Shown here: piece by piece, positions 61,599 to 64,000 of the stretch
Position numbering within the stretch: position 1 is the stretch's first letter
Layout of the letters: each line of letters opens with the position of its first letter
Source of the DNA: Somniosus microcephalus
Taxonomy: Eukaryota
Assembly (NCBI GenBank): GCA_052327205.1
Contig: CM126203.1
Location: 85,188,001 to 85,252,000 of the forward strand
Direction: 5' to 3'
Length of the DNA stretch: 64,000 nucleotides
Made by a program: the position numbers and the translations under genes
The notes under the pieces: model-generated
Told to the model about the DNA's origin: nothing
Databases searched by the model: none
The model's input: the letters and a program-made list of their open reading frames with translations, nothing else

Positions 61599-62819
61599 AC
61601 ATAATGTATTGCTGTTGAAAATCTAATTAAAAATCACACTCTGTTCCCAGAATGTCAAGTTCCAGTGTTCCTGGAACGCTAGGATTCTCCCACTTTTCAA
61701 AATAGAACTAGACCCAGAGACTCCATTCAAATACTGCCAGACCTCAGGCGCCCTTTCTAGTGTACTCAGGGCCCAGGGCTGTCCCCAATGCTGATAAGTT
61801 AATGTCCCTGGTAATACCACTTGGCATAACAACCCTGTTCTTATAAAATCTCCGACTACTATAACGTGATCTGCTAGTCTTTAAAAAACAATCAATAGGC
61901 CTGAAATTCAGTGGGTCAGGGAGGATGTAAAATGGGCAGATTACCCTTGCAGGGGTGCAATTTGACGTAGTACCTGGATCCATAGGGTTTCTGGCCCATG
62001 TATAAAGCGGTCTAAATTCTGATTAGGAGGTGGGTGGAAGGACTGCTTTGGGGTCATATCTGGGCGAGTTCCTGAGCTATCATAGGATTTTCACTCACTA
62101 TGCTCTCCCTAGGCCCAACAGAACTCACTCTAGCTGAGAGATCAATTATCTATAAAAAAAATGCTTGTTTTCTCCCTTAGAAGCAGTAGAAAATTTGTTT
62201 CCCTTATTTCTACAGCCCTTAACAGATCTCGGGGTCCCCTATTTAACTGCTGGGTGCCACCCAGAGTTCCACCAGCATATGGGGTGGAAGCCTCTGATGA
62301 ACCCACACAGGTGTGGGTTGCCCTCCCTGATTATAGAAATAACCCTGCCTCCATAATTTGGGATAGGATTTAGATCAAGAGTCTTAGGTGGCTGGGTGTC
62401 CTGCCACACTTCCAAGAGCAGAGCATTGACCTTGGAATCTTGAGAGCCACTAACTATCATATAGTAGAATCACAGAGTCAGTTGCAATATTACATTTCAA
62501 AATGTATTGAAACCATCTATGTAGGGACCTGTCAATGAGAAAATCAACATGTCAACATTTGGATGCAGTGCAGGTTACACTTGTAGGTGGTGTTGTGATG
62601 TAACATTAGCTTCACACCCAGGACTGATATTGTATTTTTGGCCTTAAAATGAGAGTGACCCTGAATCGCTGCAGGGCCTGTCCTAATTGCATGTGCAACC
62701 TTTCAGATCTCCATGCATGCGCAACCCAAGTTTCCCACAGTGATTTCACTACAAGTCAATCTCCCGGAGCCAGCTTTACACCTTTTGAAGAATATCCTGA
62801 ACCTCCTTTTTTAAAACGA

Positions 62820-62995
62820 ATTCTCAGGATGTGGGCATCATTGGCAAGGTCTTCATTTATTGCCCATCCTTAGCTTTAACTGAGTGGCTTACGAGGCCAC
62901 TTCAGAGGGCAGTTAAGAGTCAACCACGTTGGTGTGGGACTGGAGTCACATATAGACCAGACCAGGTAAGGATTTCCTTCCCTAAAGGACATACC
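62820..62995 (-). mobile_element. SacSINE1/DeuSINE-type SINE fragment
   Basis: Minus strand tcctttagggaaggaaatcc..acctggtctgg..atgtgactccag..gtggttgactcttaactgccctctgaa is the remembered Deu-domain sequence. Confidence 0.75.
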
Positions 62996-64000
62996 AATCA
63001 ACATAGTGAAACAGGAGAAGTGGCAGGTACAGATGCAAAGAAGCGTTGTCTCTCCCTAGGCACACTCTTTTGACACATGCCTGGAATTAAAGAGTTTTTC
63101 CACATCAGCTTTGAGGATATTTATTTTCTTCCTCACTGACGACAAGTTAAAAGTAACTCCAAATGTAAGGTTTCTGTTGCAGACAATGCATGCTTTCCAA
63201 CCCCATTTCATGGTTTAAATCATGACTGTGCTATAGTGGCTCCGGGGCACCAGAAACTGAAGGCACTCTTCCTACTGTGGCCGATAAAGGGAGTGCATAA
63301 TAAAATTAAACGGTGACACATAAAATTATGAAATAAATTGGAATAAACAGGAAGATAATTTGAAACTGAATATAAACTAACAAAATGTTATTAAAAACAA
63401 GAAACACAAATAGCTTTTCTTTTATTACAAAAAGTAATAAACAGCAAAAACTAACTGATGCAACTTTTAAATAAAAATTATTACGGTAAATGTGAATAAA
63501 AACATAAAACCATAAATATTGGAAAAGTGTAAACATTAAATGCAAAACCAAAATAAGAAATACACAAAATATTGAAAGATTTAAATACACAAGAGCATTC
63601 TTATATTAGAATCTTCTCCATGAGCATCGTCATCAACCAGTATTTAATAAGAGAAAACGTCGTCATTGTCATTTTAGTTTTGCTTTAAAAATATTGTCAC
63701 ATGATGCTTAAAGATACTGGTCTAAACGTATTAAAATGGGGCAGATTTCCCTGTTCCTGTGCATGGTATATTGGATCACTTGGGCACAATGCATAGAGGA
63801 AAACTGGGCAAGGAGGATCCCACAATTGTCTGTAAATGAATGGGCTGGAAATCAGGCAAGCTTCCTTAATAGGATCCTCCTCATCTAATTTTCCTCTATG
63901 TGCTGAGCCTAAGTGATCCAATACACGGGAACAGCAAAGTTGGCCCGATAATTGTTCCTACTGATAAGTTGTGTGAGTGCAAAAGGTGCAATGGCTGTTC

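Noticed and set aside
62290-62325. CTGATGA followed by a perfect hairpin (ACCCACAC/GTGTGGGT), resembling a hammerhead
   Set aside because: No GAAA follows the stem and there is no helix I/III pairing.
63306-63590. Hydrophobic 94-aa ORF resembling a membrane or mitochondrial protein
   Set aside because: Artefact of A-rich low-complexity sequence, with no recognisable NUMT homology.

Overview
Eukaryotic, almost certainly chondrichthyan (shark-like) genomic DNA, judged by its HE1/HER1-type, SacSINE-type and Penelope-type repeats. The window appears to lie entirely within the FSTL5 (follistatin-like 5) gene on the minus strand. The first coding exon (50387-50525, signal peptide) and a 34-nt micro-exon (972-1005) are separated by a 49.4-kb intron, and the rest is intronic. 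The introns are a dense, nested transposon landscape. There are two full-length two-gene PIF/Harbinger DNA transposons with TIRs and 3-bp TSDs: one has an intact transposase and a frameshifted Myb/SANT partner, and the other has the reverse. There are also a third deleted Harbinger and many derived MITEs, three Mag-type Gypsy LTR elements (5-bp TSD, tRNA-Ser PBS), one CsRn1-type Gypsy (4-bp TSD, tRNA-Trp PBS) plus a related solo LTR, CR1 and L2 LINEs, SINEs, and Penelope fragments carrying minimal hammerhead ribozyme motifs. The most notable observations are the hammerheads, 11-mer versus 7-mer coding repeats in the Harbinger Myb partners, family-specific subterminal motif codes, selective loss of three CRE sites in one LTR of a pair, a conserved donor-like leader motif in the Mag elements, and sense-oriented LTR promoters upstream of the FSTL5 start-codon exon. 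No prokaryotic-type system (CRISPR, operon) is present. All family assignments come from motif recognition, not database searches.
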